The notes under the pieces are model-generated. The model was not told the DNA's origin. It worked only from the letters and a program-made list of their open reading frames with translations, and ran no database searches. A DNA stretch of 34,326 bases from Nemertoderma westbladi (Eukaryota > Animalia > Xenacoelomorpha): positions 1 to 34,326 of the forward strand of contig JAUCBJ010004082.1 in the NCBI GenBank assembly GCA_032718475.1, given 5' to 3'. Position 1 is the first letter of the stretch. Every line of letters starts with the position of its first letter. A program made the position numbers and the translations under genes. Shown here one piece after another: positions 1-11,685 of this stretch.

Positions 1-1
1 C

Positions 2-112
2 TTCGGAAACTGTGGATGTTCTTCTAATATATTCTGGCGAGAGACTGATATGATTGGTCATCAATCCAATAAGTGTCGATGTAACGACTATGAGATATGG
101 TTCTGCTGTCGC
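2..112 (+). pseudogene. Possible exon fragment encoding the end of a mucin-type WxxW/Cys subdomain
   Basis: Frame from nt 2 reads FGNCGCSSNIFWRETDMIGHQSNKCRCNDYEIWFCCR; CxDYEIxFCC resembles the C-terminal CxDYEVRxCC motif of mucin Cys/WxxW repeats; followed by GTTAGT and, at 216+, a NATTTTST-coding stretch. Truncated by the window edge. Confidence 0.3.
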
Positions 113-500
113 GTTAGTGTTTGCTGCACACAAATGATTTTGCAGTTGTTTTTCAGAATGCAACGCTACTGTACTTATTATCCAATTAGATAATAACTAA
201 CTATCACTTACATTCATGGGTGCAAACGCTACGACGACAACCTCAACCATGATATCTATGGGTTTCCTCTACTTCTTCTGCCTCTGGCTGGTTGTATTTC
301 CACCCCATCTATTTTATGTTGGACAATTTAATTATGTTTACATTAATTACTACTCATTATTTGCAAACAGTATTATAGTGTGTTGTACTGAACAAAGTAA
401 ATGTTATATATTTATATGGTGTGTTGTACTGAAGATTACTTATGTTCCAAGAAAGAAATCCAGAGATTATAATATTTGCCACACCCAGGTCGCTCTCTAG

Positions 501-1218
501 ATGTGCGTGCATCAGGAATCCAATGTCATGATATGTGATAGGAATCACAAAAATCAACTGAGGAATCCACACAAATTTCAGCAGCTATATTGTATACGAG
601 CTCCAGTACATGGCGAATGTTTTACTTTGGTTTATGCATTGATGTCTAATAAGAGTACGTCACTGGTTACATTCAGCTCTTTCATGAACTTCGGACATCC
701 ATTTTGCAATGACATATTGATATCGGGCGTCTAATTGGGGGCAATGCATTGTTTGATTATGAGGATACCGCAAGAGATGAGTTTGCTGTAATCTTTCCAG
801 AGTGTAGAATAAGAGGTTGCACTTTTCATTTTAGCCAATGGCTGGAACGCAACAGAAGGACTTAAATTTGAGCGAAGTTTATAGAGATAATTGTCAAGTA
901 CATCAATTCATTTGTAGGCTGCCAGTATTGTGTCTTTTGAAACCGGAAATCGTTAAATATATAGCCAATATTATTCTGAACGCACTGCCAATTACAAGGA
1001 ATAATGACATCTGCAACATTTTAAAAATTATTTTCGAAATGAATGGCTTCGTCCACATTTTATTGCACAATGGAACCACTGGATGTATACGGACCTCGGA
1101 CCACTGCGAGGGTTGGTATAATGCTCTCCATACAAAGATGCGCCACCCTAAATTGTGTACCTTTATCTATCACTTGCAACGGATGGTGGACGCAGATGCT
1201 ATTCGATGCGGCGAGTGA
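501..1218 (+). pseudogene. Degenerate MULE (Mutator-like) transposase fragment
   Basis: Frameshifted pieces: PHKFQQLYCIRAPVHGECFTLVYALMSNKS (cf. F.QLY.IH...PLVY.LL..K); FDYEDTARDEFAVIFPECRIRGCTFHFSQ (~752-838; DFE...FP...GC.FH.Q CxxH motif); RTSDHCEGWYNALHTKMRHPKLCTFI (cf. RTNN..EGWH...HP.I..FI). Confidence 0.75.
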
Positions 1219-1259
1219 TTGGTGGTCCAGCAAATAATCCACCAAAACATTGTCGAAAG

Positions 1260-2330
1260 AAGTATATTTTTGTAGATTTTTGTAAAGCCTTCGATTCTGT
1301 CCCAAGAAAATGGCTCATCCTAAAGTTAATATCACAATTCGCATTGAAAGGTTGTCTCCTAAAATTTATAGATTTGCTCTTATTACCAAATTTTATAATT
1401 GACTTTGATGGACTAAGGAAATCATGCCGATTAGACAATTAAGAGGACTCTTACAGGGTGACTCCTTAGGTCCGCTATTGTTCATACTGTACGTGGCCGA
1501 TCTTGTTGCCACACTGAAAGTCACAGCAATCTTGTTGACTATGCCCCTCTATGCCGATAATCTGTTTTTCTATTCGCACTCTAAAGAAGCAATTCAGCTC
1601 GGACTTGATGCTCTTTCAAATTGGGCCATCGATAATAGTCCAGTTAATCTCAAAAAGACGGCAGTCCTGAAATTCCGATGTAGAGGGAGGCTTGCCCAAA
1701 CGGATCAGTTTATCTACAATGGCGTTCCGGTGTCAATGGCCACATTGTATAATTATCCTGGGATAACTCTCCAACCCACACTTTTGTTTACCAAGCATAT
1801 AACATCAGTTAGTTGTAATAAGTAACAAAAGTTACTTAAAATAAGAAATGGTGAACAAGTTCCATCTGACCGAAACAACTGCACTCCAGCATTACCATAT
1901 TAGCTGACGCTGAATAGATCGACGGAGACCAACCCAGAGATCTGGAAAACACCAGATCTATCCTATCACAAAAATGGACCAAACTTTTGAATGACCTGAG
2001 ATACGTTACAACACAGTATTGATCCACGCATTCCACCACAAGATATGTCAGACCACCGGATTTCACCACCCTGATGAATCTTGCCGATGTAAACATTGTG
2101 GAAAGGTGGCAACTCAATACCACCTCCTACAGTGCCCTAACAACTGTCAGGCTCTCCACGTATGGGCCACTACCATATAGAGGGCTCCTGTACATTTTTA
2201 TAGATAGCCTTCATACTTTTATTTATATATATATATTGAATATTTATATGTTGATTTTTATATATTTTTACCAGTCGCCTTTCAACCTGTACTGAAATAT
2301 GTCCCTAAAATATTGGTATGATTAAATTAA
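1260..2330 (+). mobile_element. 5'-truncated, decayed non-LTR retrotransposon (LINE) with RT and C-terminal CCHC finger
   Basis: YIFVDFCKAFDSVPR, GLLQGDSLGPLLFILYVADL, LYADNL and NLKKT RT motifs across a frameshift; 2088-2138 encodes CKHCGKVATQYHLLQCP (C-x2-C...H...C). Ends approximate; clade not assigned. Confidence 0.8.
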
Positions 2331-2334
2331 ATAT

Positions 2335-2509
2335 GTAACGTGGCTCCTCAACTGGGTGACGTGGCTCCTCAACTGGGTAACGTAGCTCCTCAACTGGGTA
2401 ACGTGGCCCCTCAACTGGGTGACGTGGCTCCTCAACTGGGTTATGTGGCTCCTAAACTAGGTAACGTGGCTCCTCAACTTGGTAACGTGACTCCTCAACT
2501 GGGTAACGT
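2335..2509. repeat. 21-bp minisatellite, about 8.3 copies (GTAACGTGGCTCCTCAACTGG)
   Basis: Units start every 21 nt (2335, 2356 ... 2461, 2482, 2503) with 0-4 substitutions each and no spacers. Confidence 0.95.
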
Positions 2510-3935
2510 TATAGAACTCCCTAATGGACAACTATTTTATCCATTTTGGCAATAAACATTATATCGTAATATTATACTTATCTACATAGGATGATGCATT
2601 TATATAGGATAATATATTTCTAATACTGATCTGATATATAGATAACAAGTAATTGTTTGATCTCGAATTTTCACATCCTATGCATATTGCATAGTTGTAT
2701 TAAATGTAAACTGTGCATTAAGTAAGATATACTAAATATAACTTAGTATAAAATAATTGAATCCACAAACTGAAAGTAACTTATAGACAAATTTCAACCC
2801 CCTAAATATAGTGTCTTTTTACACAAAACATATCTGAATACTGTGCTATAAATTTCTCAACAAAAATCCCTAGCCTCGGATATTCTTTCTAAACTAATTA
2901 CATTATCAAACACAACACACACTTACAGTACACGCCATGCAATGAACAATAATTGCACTATACAACGCACACGACTATTGATTACTAGAGTCTATCAGGG
3001 TGAGCCCCGGAAGTGTGGAAAAATCTTCCTATTCCAGTAAGACAAGCAACAACCTTTATACCTCTTTCAAAAAAAACTACTATGCGAGTCCCTGAGCCAG
3101 TCACAATTAGTGGTAAACTATTAAAATATACCCACATCCTTAATTCAACATACCTCTTAATACATTTTGAGTTGATTTCCTACTGTACATAGTTCGTCTC
3201 TCAAAAGTTATGATTTAATTTAGTTTCATTTTTCTAGTTTAGATCTAGTTATTATCAAAATAATAAAAATAATCTAAATCGACCTAACATCTAACATATC
3301 CGAAGGCCCCCTATCGATATCCCTATCGATATCGGCTATTTTCAATTTTATTGTTCTATTTTTTATTTTCAATTACCATACCACAATTAGAAAGCGGTGG
3401 ATAACGCAAAGGGCCTTCCCGGTTAACCACCGCCTATATCAAAGCGATACATAATGTATTTTTTTAAAACTACCTTTATATAATAATAATAATAATAATA
3501 AGAGAAACATCAGACTGCTCTATTCATGCACTGACATACATTCCATTAGGATTAATCCTCTGTCAGATTTACGTCTACTTTTAATAAAAATGTCAGTCTC
3601 TTATCAGTATTATTCTCGGTCATCAACTCACGGAAATTTCCTTATCCCCTCACTAGATTAGATATCGAACAGCGATCTATTAATTATCCTTGTCCTACCA
3701 TTTGGAATAGTATTCCTCATACAATGCTTTTCAATGCTTTTGCAAGAGCTTCAAACATAACTTACTTTCTAATCTATTGAATGTAAATGTATATACTTTA
3801 TACAGTAGCTACAGTATACATACATATATAACTTAAAGTTTAGTATATACATACATACACTCTAAATTCAAATCTTCAGTCTCTCTATTGCCTCCGTTCA
3901 ATCTTTTTCTAAATAATTATACAATATAATAATAT

Positions 3936-5512
3936 AAAGTTGAGATCGATCTATGAACCGCTGTTTACGCCAAAACTATCTGAATAACTATTATACTCAA
4001 GATGTATCAATAACAAAATATATACTTAAGAAATATCTAAATTCTCGGCCTAGTTTTTCTCGGCCTAGTTTTTCTCGGCTGAGTTTTTCTCGGCCAGGTT
4101 TTCTCAGCCGAGAATTTATAATCTTAAAAGATAAATCGGCGGGAAATTTAAAATGGCAAAGTAAAGTAAAAAGTAAATTTTCTTCGGCCGCTACGCCAGG
4201 GATTATGCACAAAGTCTTACGACTTATTTCCAGTGCGGTCCCCCCAGAACTTTACTCCCCAGAAGAAACTCCAGTACTCATTTAGCTACCACTTAAGGAT
4301 GCAAGGCAGAGATGCGCCCTGGCTGGTCCCTTTAAAGCATTCGTGCCAAAACGAAAACTGCCCTGGTCCATGTGAGGATCGAACCCACGACCTACGGGAG
4401 ATGGGAATTCAATGCGACCACTACACCAAGGTGGAACCTTGGTTTGTGTCGCCCCTCAAATGGCATTGTGGGGCGAGATACTGATATGTAGATAGTAGAG
4501 ATAATGATATGTAATATAATTACTTACTATATAATTACTTGTTAATTATTAGGACAAATAAATATTACCGATAAGAATGAATGAAATGTGAGGAACTATA
4601 CTGATTTTCGTATCTGCACATGGATTAAAGTTATCTGTAACTGAGTAAAGACAAACAGGCGAACCAGCTGTAATAATTAGTGTAAAGAAATTAATTAACA
4701 CAGTTACCACCAATAATATAGATACAATATGTGCGAAAACGCAGTGATGATTAATTGTTAGACCTATGTGATTAGTTCATTATACAAACAATAAAGGTCC
4801 AAATATAAATTGAGATAAATCGATACTGTATCTATGGAAAGGTTTAATTACGTTACAGTGAGAAACTCGAAAGACCCTTATCCGATACTTAGGTGATTTC
4901 CCAGTAGAATGCCTATACCTCCCTTCCCACTAGACTTCCGGTTTCGTTCAGGGAACCTGCTGTCGGTCAACCCGAGGCCTGTCGAGGATTTGCAGTAGAT
5001 CCCGGAATCAGTGTAATAAATAAGTGGGTTCAGTTTGACTTGTAATATATGTGGCATTTTCTGGATCAATAGCTAATATCTCTCACCAATACAGATGTAT
5101 TGCACTTACGGTGCGAATAAGCGTAATACCAATAACACAATAATATACAGCAGTAAAGTGTAATATAGGAAAGTACTAGGTAAGCTATGCAAGGTGACAT
5201 TTAATGTGGAAAATGCACCTAACCCAAGAACAGAGCCAATAATTGCCAATAAAACCCAATAATTCTCGGCCGAGAATCTCGGTAGAGAAAACTCGGCCCG
5301 GAAAAGCTCGGCCGAGAATAACTCGGCCGAGAAAAACTCAGCAGAGAAAAACTTGGCAGAGAAAACTCGGCCGAGAATTCAGATACCTTAATAGATTATC
5401 CGTATCCTTTAGATATCTTAATTACAATATTTTTCTATTGATACATCTTGAGTATAATATTTATTCAGATAGTTTAGGCGTAAACGGCGCTTTATATCGA
5501 TCCCTTTACTTT
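3936..5512. mobile_element. Non-autonomous foldback-like element with long imperfect TIRs built partly of ~15-bp CTCGGCCGAG repeats
   Basis: 3943-4008 (GATCGATCTATGAACCGCTGTTTACGCCAAAACTATCTGAATAACTATTATACTCAAGATGTATC) is the near reverse complement of 5440-5502; arrays of TTTTTCTCGGCC(T/G)AG at 4041-4118 and the inverted form at 5261-5379. No clean TSD, so ends are approximate. Confidence 0.65.
4158..4438 (-). mobile_element. tRNA-derived SINE
   Basis: Minus strand: GGTTCCACCTTGGTGTAGTGGT (Pol III A box) ... GGGTTCGATCCTC (B box) ... TGGACCA; body GCCTTGCATCCTTAAGTGGTAGCTAAATGAGTACTGG; 3' tail of (CTTTA)-like repeats at 4158-4177. Confidence 0.8.
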
Positions 5513-6888
5513 CTGTGAGGTAGCGCTTACTAGCAATGCCATTAGCTGCCACCCAGGCCATCATAGACATCCCGTACTCTCACCCATATGATTTCGGTAA
5601 AATCGTTGGTGTTGGGGTGCTTTACATCATTATATATGTCTATATGGCAAATAAATTTCAAGTTTCAAGAAAGGAGTTAAATTTATTAGGTTACCTCGAT
5701 GAGGCTACAATGCAGGTAGCCAGACAACGAATATAGGGTGAAGATGAGTTGATTATATTGGTTGTCTGACTAGCCGCGACATAGCTGTTTGGTGTACTGT
5801 AGCCCAGAGCCCGGTGAATGTGCATAGTGAAAGGGTAATGTAGCGTCAGGTCCAAATCGGTATACGGTAGGTCCTGTAGCATACATCTGACTGTTGATTC
5901 TCAATTAATCTATTCTGCAATATTCCCAACTTTCATTTATTTGTCAACCTTTTAACTCGCCTCTATAACCTGCTCCTTTCTGCCCTTACATGCCAAAACC
6001 GTCTAACTCAATTTTTTTCGAACAATGACATATGCATATATTTGGAATCAGAAAAACGAGGCGAATATTTCTAGCCAAGACTTAAGACGTAATTATGAAG
6101 TCCTAAGGAGTTCTATTTTTTTAAACCGTCTATCTCAACATCTGTCAATAATAGTAAATCCCAAAACCATATATATTTACTTAGATTGATTTGGGATTAA
6201 ACAATAAGTTTGGATTTATTGTTTCCTTTATGCCGAAACCGTCTATCTGTGTATTCTATTCTATCTGTGTATTCTGTCTACTTGTATTCCGTTGGATTCC
6301 ATATCAAATAATTATTCTTTTGTATTTGCCAAAACAGTCTATCTCTATGATCTACAATACAATAATGACTATAAACTTGCCGTTTGTGCCAGGACCAGGA
6401 CCTAAAGCGCCAGGACCTAACGCAACGAAAGAGCAAGAGTCCAATTCTAACAATGATAGTCAGATAGGGCATAGGTTGGTATGGTGCTGTACGTTACGTA
6501 TGAGTGTATTAATTGCTCATCATCGTGTTGTACATAATTATTGTAATGTTAACAATTTTGTAATAATTTTTTTATTAACATATTTCAACCTCTGTGTAGT
6601 TTGTAGTCTGTGTAGTATATTTTATCTTGTTACTTTCTTTTTGTCAGATTGTTACATAAAATCCCGGTGGTACAGTAGGCCTATACCTAAATATAGAAAT
6701 GATGTCTTCTGGCTGGTGTAAGTAATTTTAGGAAAAAATTAAAAATCTGTAAAAATGGATTTGGGGCCAACCTTTAGTTTCTTGGAAGCAACTATATATA
6801 ATTTCGTCACAAGATTATATTATTATTAATAATAATTATGTTCTACCAATGATGTCAACATTTTATGACAATTGGTGTGGGTCGGGGG

Positions 6889-9665
6889 CAGTGGCGTCTC
6901 GTAGGGGGAGCGTCGGGGTGAGTCGCCTCGGGCGCAGTCCTCTCTGTTGCAACAGCCAAGTGTGAGATCCAGCTTCACACTACAGCTGAGCAACAGGTAT
7001 GAGGCTCTTGCCTCTGAGGCGGCAGATCACTGTGAGGGCTATACTGCCTTTACAGAAGCAGTTAAGTTAGCAGCTGCAGAAACAGTTCCTGTATACCCTC
7101 GAAACAGGAAAAGGGCCCCCTGGACTGACAACAAAATTCAGAAGTGCCGAAATGACCTTCATAAGGCGCAGAAAGAGTCCCGACTCGAACAGACTACAGC
7201 GGCCAAGAATGCAGTTAAGGCTGCATCTAGGTCCCTGAACAGGCAGTACTCTGTTAATCTACAGGAGCTAATAAACCAACAGGTTGATGCCATCAATGAT
7301 GCTGACGACAGCAGGCAATCATCCCAGGCATGGAAATCAATCAATCTGCTTACTGGGCGGAAAAGCCAACCAACCACCAAGAAGGCTGAATCACCAGCCG
7401 ATCGCCTCAATGGTTGGAAAGCCCACTTTGAAAAGCTCCTCAATACTCCTCAATAATGACAGGGTATTGCCTGATAACTTTATAGAAGTAAAAGTGTCTG
7501 AGTCTGTACTCCCAGATATTCCCATTGGCGATATCTCCTTTGCAGAAGTGAAGGCTGCTGCAAAAAGCATTAAGACCAATCGTGCCAGTGGAGTAGATGG
7601 TGTTCCCCCTGAGGTCTTTAAAATACCTGAGTGTTTAAAGCTCATCTATCCCATCATAGTAGACATGTACCGAACAACAAGAGTCCCACAAGAAATGAAA
7701 ACAAATAAGTTGGTGCCAGTTCCCAAGAAAGGCAACCTAACACTCTATGGTTCTTTTCGGGGAATCTCATTGATCTCGATTGCTGCAAAGCTGTACAATA
7801 GTATTCTATTAAATCGCATCAGGGATCCCATTGAGAGACTGCTCCGTGGAAATCAGAATGGGTTCCGTAAAGGTCGTGGGACCATGGAGCCCATTTTGGC
7901 ACTTAGAAGGATAATTGAAGAATTATCAAAAAAGAAAGACAGGCATCTGGCTGTTATCTTTGTTGACTTCTTCAAGGCCTTTGATTCAGTCTCTCGCTCA
8001 CGTATGTTCAGCATACTTTCATTATATGGGATTCCTGATGAAATTATTGCAGCAATCAGATCAGTATACGATGGTTCGACAACAATTGTGTCTACTGTAG
8101 ACGGTGACACAGAACCATTTTAAGTGTTATGGGGCGTCCTCCAAGGAGACACACTTGCACCATTCTTGTTCATTATTGTGGTTGACTATGTTCTACGCAT
8201 CTCCTTAGATCATCATAATGATGATGGGGTGATGATAACTCCACCTACTGGCTCCAGAAGTCGAGGAAATCCTGCCAAGTACCTAACTGATCTAGACTTT
8301 GCTGATGACTTAGGAGTACTCTCAGAATCATTAGAGGGAGCCCAACGGCTCCTCAGCTCATTAGAACATGCTGCTTCTAGTGTTGGTCTTTTTATTAACT
8401 CCAGAAAGACCAAAATTCTGACCGTTAACTTTGAAAGTCATCAGCAAGTCTCTGATCGGATGAGCATAAGCTCAAAGGATGGTATGCTTGAGCATGAGGA
8501 CGACTTCTGTTACCTGGGATCATGGATCCGGAAGTCAGGTGAGGACCTTCGAATACGTAAGGGAAAGGCATGGGCAGCCTTGAATAGGCTTTCCAGGATT
8601 TGGAAGTCACCGAGAATTAATCGGAAACTTAAGGTCCGATTATTTAGAGCAGCAGTAGTTCCAGTACTCCGCTACGGGAGTCCATGCTGGGCTCTAACTG
8701 CTGAGGACACCAAATCTCTGGATGGCACATTCACAAGAATGCTACGCCGGGTTCATTGTGTCAAGTACAATGCACACATCTCCAACCAGACACTATATAA
8801 CATTGGAGGTGTCTCATTGGTTCCCCCAAGCTTGACACTAGAACAAAATCGCCTCCGCTTTGCAGGACATTGCTTTCGCCGTGAGGACCAGCCAGTGCAT
8901 AATCTTGTACTTTGGCAGCCTCATGGAGTGAATAAGCATGGTGGACAGTGGCACTGGCCTTAAAGGACACTGGCCTTAAAGATGCGGATGATCTAGCAAA
9001 TGTCATGGGTGATAGGGAGTTGTGGCGGTGCAATTTTGTTGACAAGCCGGCACAGCATTCTTAAAAACGCAGGTGCAATGCAGCATGCCGATCCTAGTAG
9101 TAGTAGTAGGCCAGAGGGGGGCGAACAAATTAACTGGAGCCACGCTTTTAACACTGCACTGCACTGTACAGATATTTAAGAGGTGATTTATGTGTTGAAA
9201 CACCCTTTTATTGACCGCACGAAAAATGTTATTACCAACGGTAGATTGTATATGGAAACTCACATCAACTCAATAATTTATTACTCTCAATTATTCTCAA
9301 TTACAACTCAATTATTTTACCTTCTGTTACTAGTTTCTTCCACTCTCTTTCAATATAAACAGTCCTAAATAGTTGGGTAGCCATTTCGGGATAGCCAGTA
9401 AATCACCTAGGACTTGGAACAACAATGCTATTATCTCTGCCTTTATTTATATCTCGCGCATATCATAAATATTAATTCCAAAAAATATATTTATTTAACA
9501 TGCATGTGAATCAGTTTAGATACAGACCTACAGTAGTAGTGGCAGCAACAAGAAGTAGTAAAGTGAAAGTGAGTTGATTCTGTTGTTTGTCTGTGTTGTT
9601 AATAGTTCGAATTATTTAGACATTGCACGAGCATTAGAGCGAACATTAGCCACGTGAAGCCACTG
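6889..9665. mobile_element. hAT-type MITE (about 0.6 kb when empty) interrupted by a LINE
   Basis: Left end CAGTGGCGTCTCGTAG vs reverse complement of right end CAGTGGCTTCACGTGG (13/16); flanks GTCGGGGG (6881-6888) and GTGGGGGG (9666-9673) give an 8-bp TSD with 1 mismatch. Confidence 0.6.
6938..9109 (+). mobile_element. 5'-truncated RTE-like LINE; RT ORF broken by a frameshift (~7450) and a stop (8121-8123)
   Basis: ORFs 6947-7456, 7284-8123 and 8124-8963: ASGVDGVPPE, PVPKKGNL, FRGISLISIAAK, NQNGFRKGR, FVDFFKAFDS, GVLQGDTLAP, DLDFADDL, INSRKTK, FCYLGS, RLRFAGH; (TAG)5 tail at 9095-9109; endonuclease domain absent. Confidence 0.9.
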
Positions 9666-9815
9666 GTGGGGGGGGGGGGGGCAGTAGTAGGGGTCCATAC
9701 TGTAAGTTAGGACATGCAGGGGCCCGAAAATTCATTATCCGTGCCTTATACAGACAAATAATGCACAATGATGGCAATATCACTGGAAACTGGGAGCGGA
9801 TACAATATATATCAC

Positions 9816-9882
9816 CTTCTGTGCTGCATGGTACCAACTGACCGGTCTGGTGGAATGTCTGCCAGTTGTAGTGTATTACCAG
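9816..9882 (-). CDS. Tentative downstream exon of the host discoidin-like gene
   Basis: Pyrimidine-rich acceptor TTACTTCACACTCTGTTATTCAG, phase-1 compatible with the exon ending at 10149; encodes (A)GNTLQLADIPPDRSVGTMQHR, then AG|GTGATA or a stop. No domain support. Confidence 0.3.
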
Positions 9883-10148
9883 CTGAATAACAGAGTGTGA
9901 AGTAAATGCACCAATAATGGTGGCCTAAGAGTTGATATCACCTATCTCATTGGTTCACATTATCACCCCATTTTCTCTCCTTCCCATTGGGCAATGATGT
10001 ACTTTGGGTTGAGTTGATTAACTCGCTGCTGGATTGTTATTTCCTCTTGTCAATATTGTTAAATGGGCTGTTAAATGAATCACTTTGTCTAATGGGAGTG
10101 CATGGCGGATTGAACCCGCTAACAAAAATTAAATTAATAATATCCTAC

Positions 10149-10279
10149 CTGTACTTATATCCTGATAGTATGCAATATATTGCGCTCCATTATCTCCTTG
10201 TGCATAGATAGTTTTCACGGTTATTCTTACTTCCGTTGCTCCCACCACTTCAGGGTATATGAGATATGATCTAAGATCC
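10149..10279 (-). CDS. Host gene exon 3 (C-terminal part of discoidin/F5-8C-like domain)
   Basis: TATTCAG| acceptor, G|GTAGGA donor, 131 nt, phase 2 to 1; (R)DLRSYLIYPEVVGATEVRITVKTIYAQGDNGAQYIAYYQDIST matches the V.I.V..VY....G..EI..Y end of galactose-binding-like domains. Confidence 0.7.
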
Positions 10280-10558
10280 CTGAATACAGCATTTAGAAAT
10301 CAATGTGCTGTTATCTGCTTCTATCTGAAGCGTCAACTTTATGCTATAGTATGGATGTCATAATTCTAATATATATCACTGCATGTGTATGCATGACGTC
10401 TATACGACAATATATAGTACCAAATATACTATGCTCTGTAAATCCAATAGGTCTACATAAGAACATTACTTACACATAATATTATACGTATATGCATGTT
10501 CAAAACTAATATTTACTACTTAAATGTTTTAATATGTTTTACTTTAGTAAATGCAAAC

Positions 10559-10690
10559 CTGTCATCTATCAATGTGACATATCTGGTTTCAGATGGAATT
10601 CCATGTATATAGAAAGTTAATATGATATCTTTGTTGGTTTCACAATGACCTCCATCACACCCTCCTGTAACTCGCTGCTGATAATCTAAT
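10559..10690 (-). CDS. Host gene exon 2 (middle of discoidin/F5-8C-like domain)
   Basis: TTTAATTTCAG| acceptor, AG|GTTTGC donor, 132 nt, phase 2 to 2; (R)LDYQQRVTGGCDGGHCETNKDIILTFYIHGIPSETRYVTLIDD; joins both neighbouring exons in frame with no stop. Confidence 0.7.
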
Positions 10691-11253
10691 CTGAAATTAA
10701 ATTATGATCATTAAATACAATAACTGGAAAGCTGTACTTTTATTGTTATGTTCAACCTAATTTACAGTTAGTATAAATGACACTGTTCTTAGCATACAGT
10801 TCATTGAACTGCTTGTTCAAGCACAGTGGCGGATTTAGGGGGTGTGTCACCATGTCATACCCCATGAAAAACACTGTAAATCTATTTTGTTACTCTGGAG
10901 ATTGGATCCATATTAATGTAAAAAATTTCATAACGCCAAATTAACATTTTTGCATTACAGAGGCAATGTTTTCAATCCATTCAATGAAATGACTCTTGTG
11001 TTTCAATTGAAAGAAAGGATTCAGTCTCAAAGTAGTGCTCATGCTTTTTTACTCTGTTTCTTAATTCCATATTTGTGTACTTAAAGGGTGTTTGACACAT
11101 TAAAACGAACGCTACATCTCCTTTTTATCAGATAGTGTCAATGGTGTGGAGGACAAGTTCAACCAGTGGAAGATGTTCTGGGCTCGCCAGGAAAAACCGC
11201 CTGTAACTAACTGTATTAGAAGAATTAGAAGCAGACCAAGCAGCCATTAAACT

Positions 11254-11507
11254 TGTCCCAAATATACTGTATTTAGGATGAATCAGCTGGGGGTTTTCAG
11301 TTGTTATCGCAGTACAGTTGAGTACACTGTGCTTTAAGTTTTATGCAGTTACTGTGTTATGGTTTTTTTTTCTTTGGTTATCTGACAAATATGTATGTAC
11401 GATATCCTATATATACGAACTGAATTATATACCAGCAAGCAAGAAATACAAGTTTTCCTCCTGTCCTTGATATTTTTGATGTCCAGGATTCCGAAATATT
11501 CCAGATA
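11254..11507 (+). repeat. 5' LTR of outer BEL/Pao element (254 bp)
   Basis: Direct repeat of 30363-30628 with many substitutions and indels; ends CCAGATA (cf. CCGGACA). Confidence 0.9.
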
Positions 11508-11508
11508 T

Positions 11509-11521
11509 TGGTGCGGTGACC
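11509..11521 (+). promoter_or_regulatory. tRNA primer-binding site of outer element (most like tRNA-His)
   Basis: TGGTGCGGTGACC one base after the LTR; one mismatch to the tRNA-His-type PBS TGGTGCCGTGAC. Confidence 0.7.
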
Positions 11522-11685
11522 CTAGACTCACCCGGAAATTGTCATCCTGAAAATTTACTAACTCTCTAACCGGTAGTTAAGAGCCTAATAGTTTTACCGC
11601 AGCACTAGTCCAGTAGTCGCAATCAAGCTTGCCTATTGGGTCAACGGATCCCGATTTACCAGCAACATACCACTGTACTAGCGTG

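Noticed and set aside
2335-2509. CRISPR array or repeat-protein CDS (ORF 2340-2555)
   Set aside because: Head-to-tail units with no unique spacers, no cas genes and a eukaryotic context; the ORF is open only because the unit is 21 nt.
3394-3433. GCGGTGGATAAC...GTTAACCACCGC hairpin as a terminator or Helitron end
   Set aside because: Isolated stem with no U-tract or CTRR terminus and no associated element.
4365-4438. Functional tRNA gene
   Set aside because: A and B boxes are present but there is no convincing anticodon stem, and it runs into a SINE body and tail.
4878-5030. Hammerhead ribozyme or coding exon on the minus strand
   Set aside because: CGAAAC is present but no properly placed CTGANGA core with stems; the peptide has no recognisable motif.
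5536-5890. Further host exon(s), e.g. 5796-5695 encoding a PAN-like IRCLATC
   Set aside because: Donor AG|GTAACC and phase fit, but the acceptor is weak, another frame looks equally protein-like, and no compatible next exon was found.
5990-6425. DNA element suggested by recurring AAACCGTCTA(T/A)CT motifs and CCAGGACC repeats; ORF 6191-6721
   Set aside because: No paired termini or TSD identified; the ORF is low-complexity AT-rich translation.
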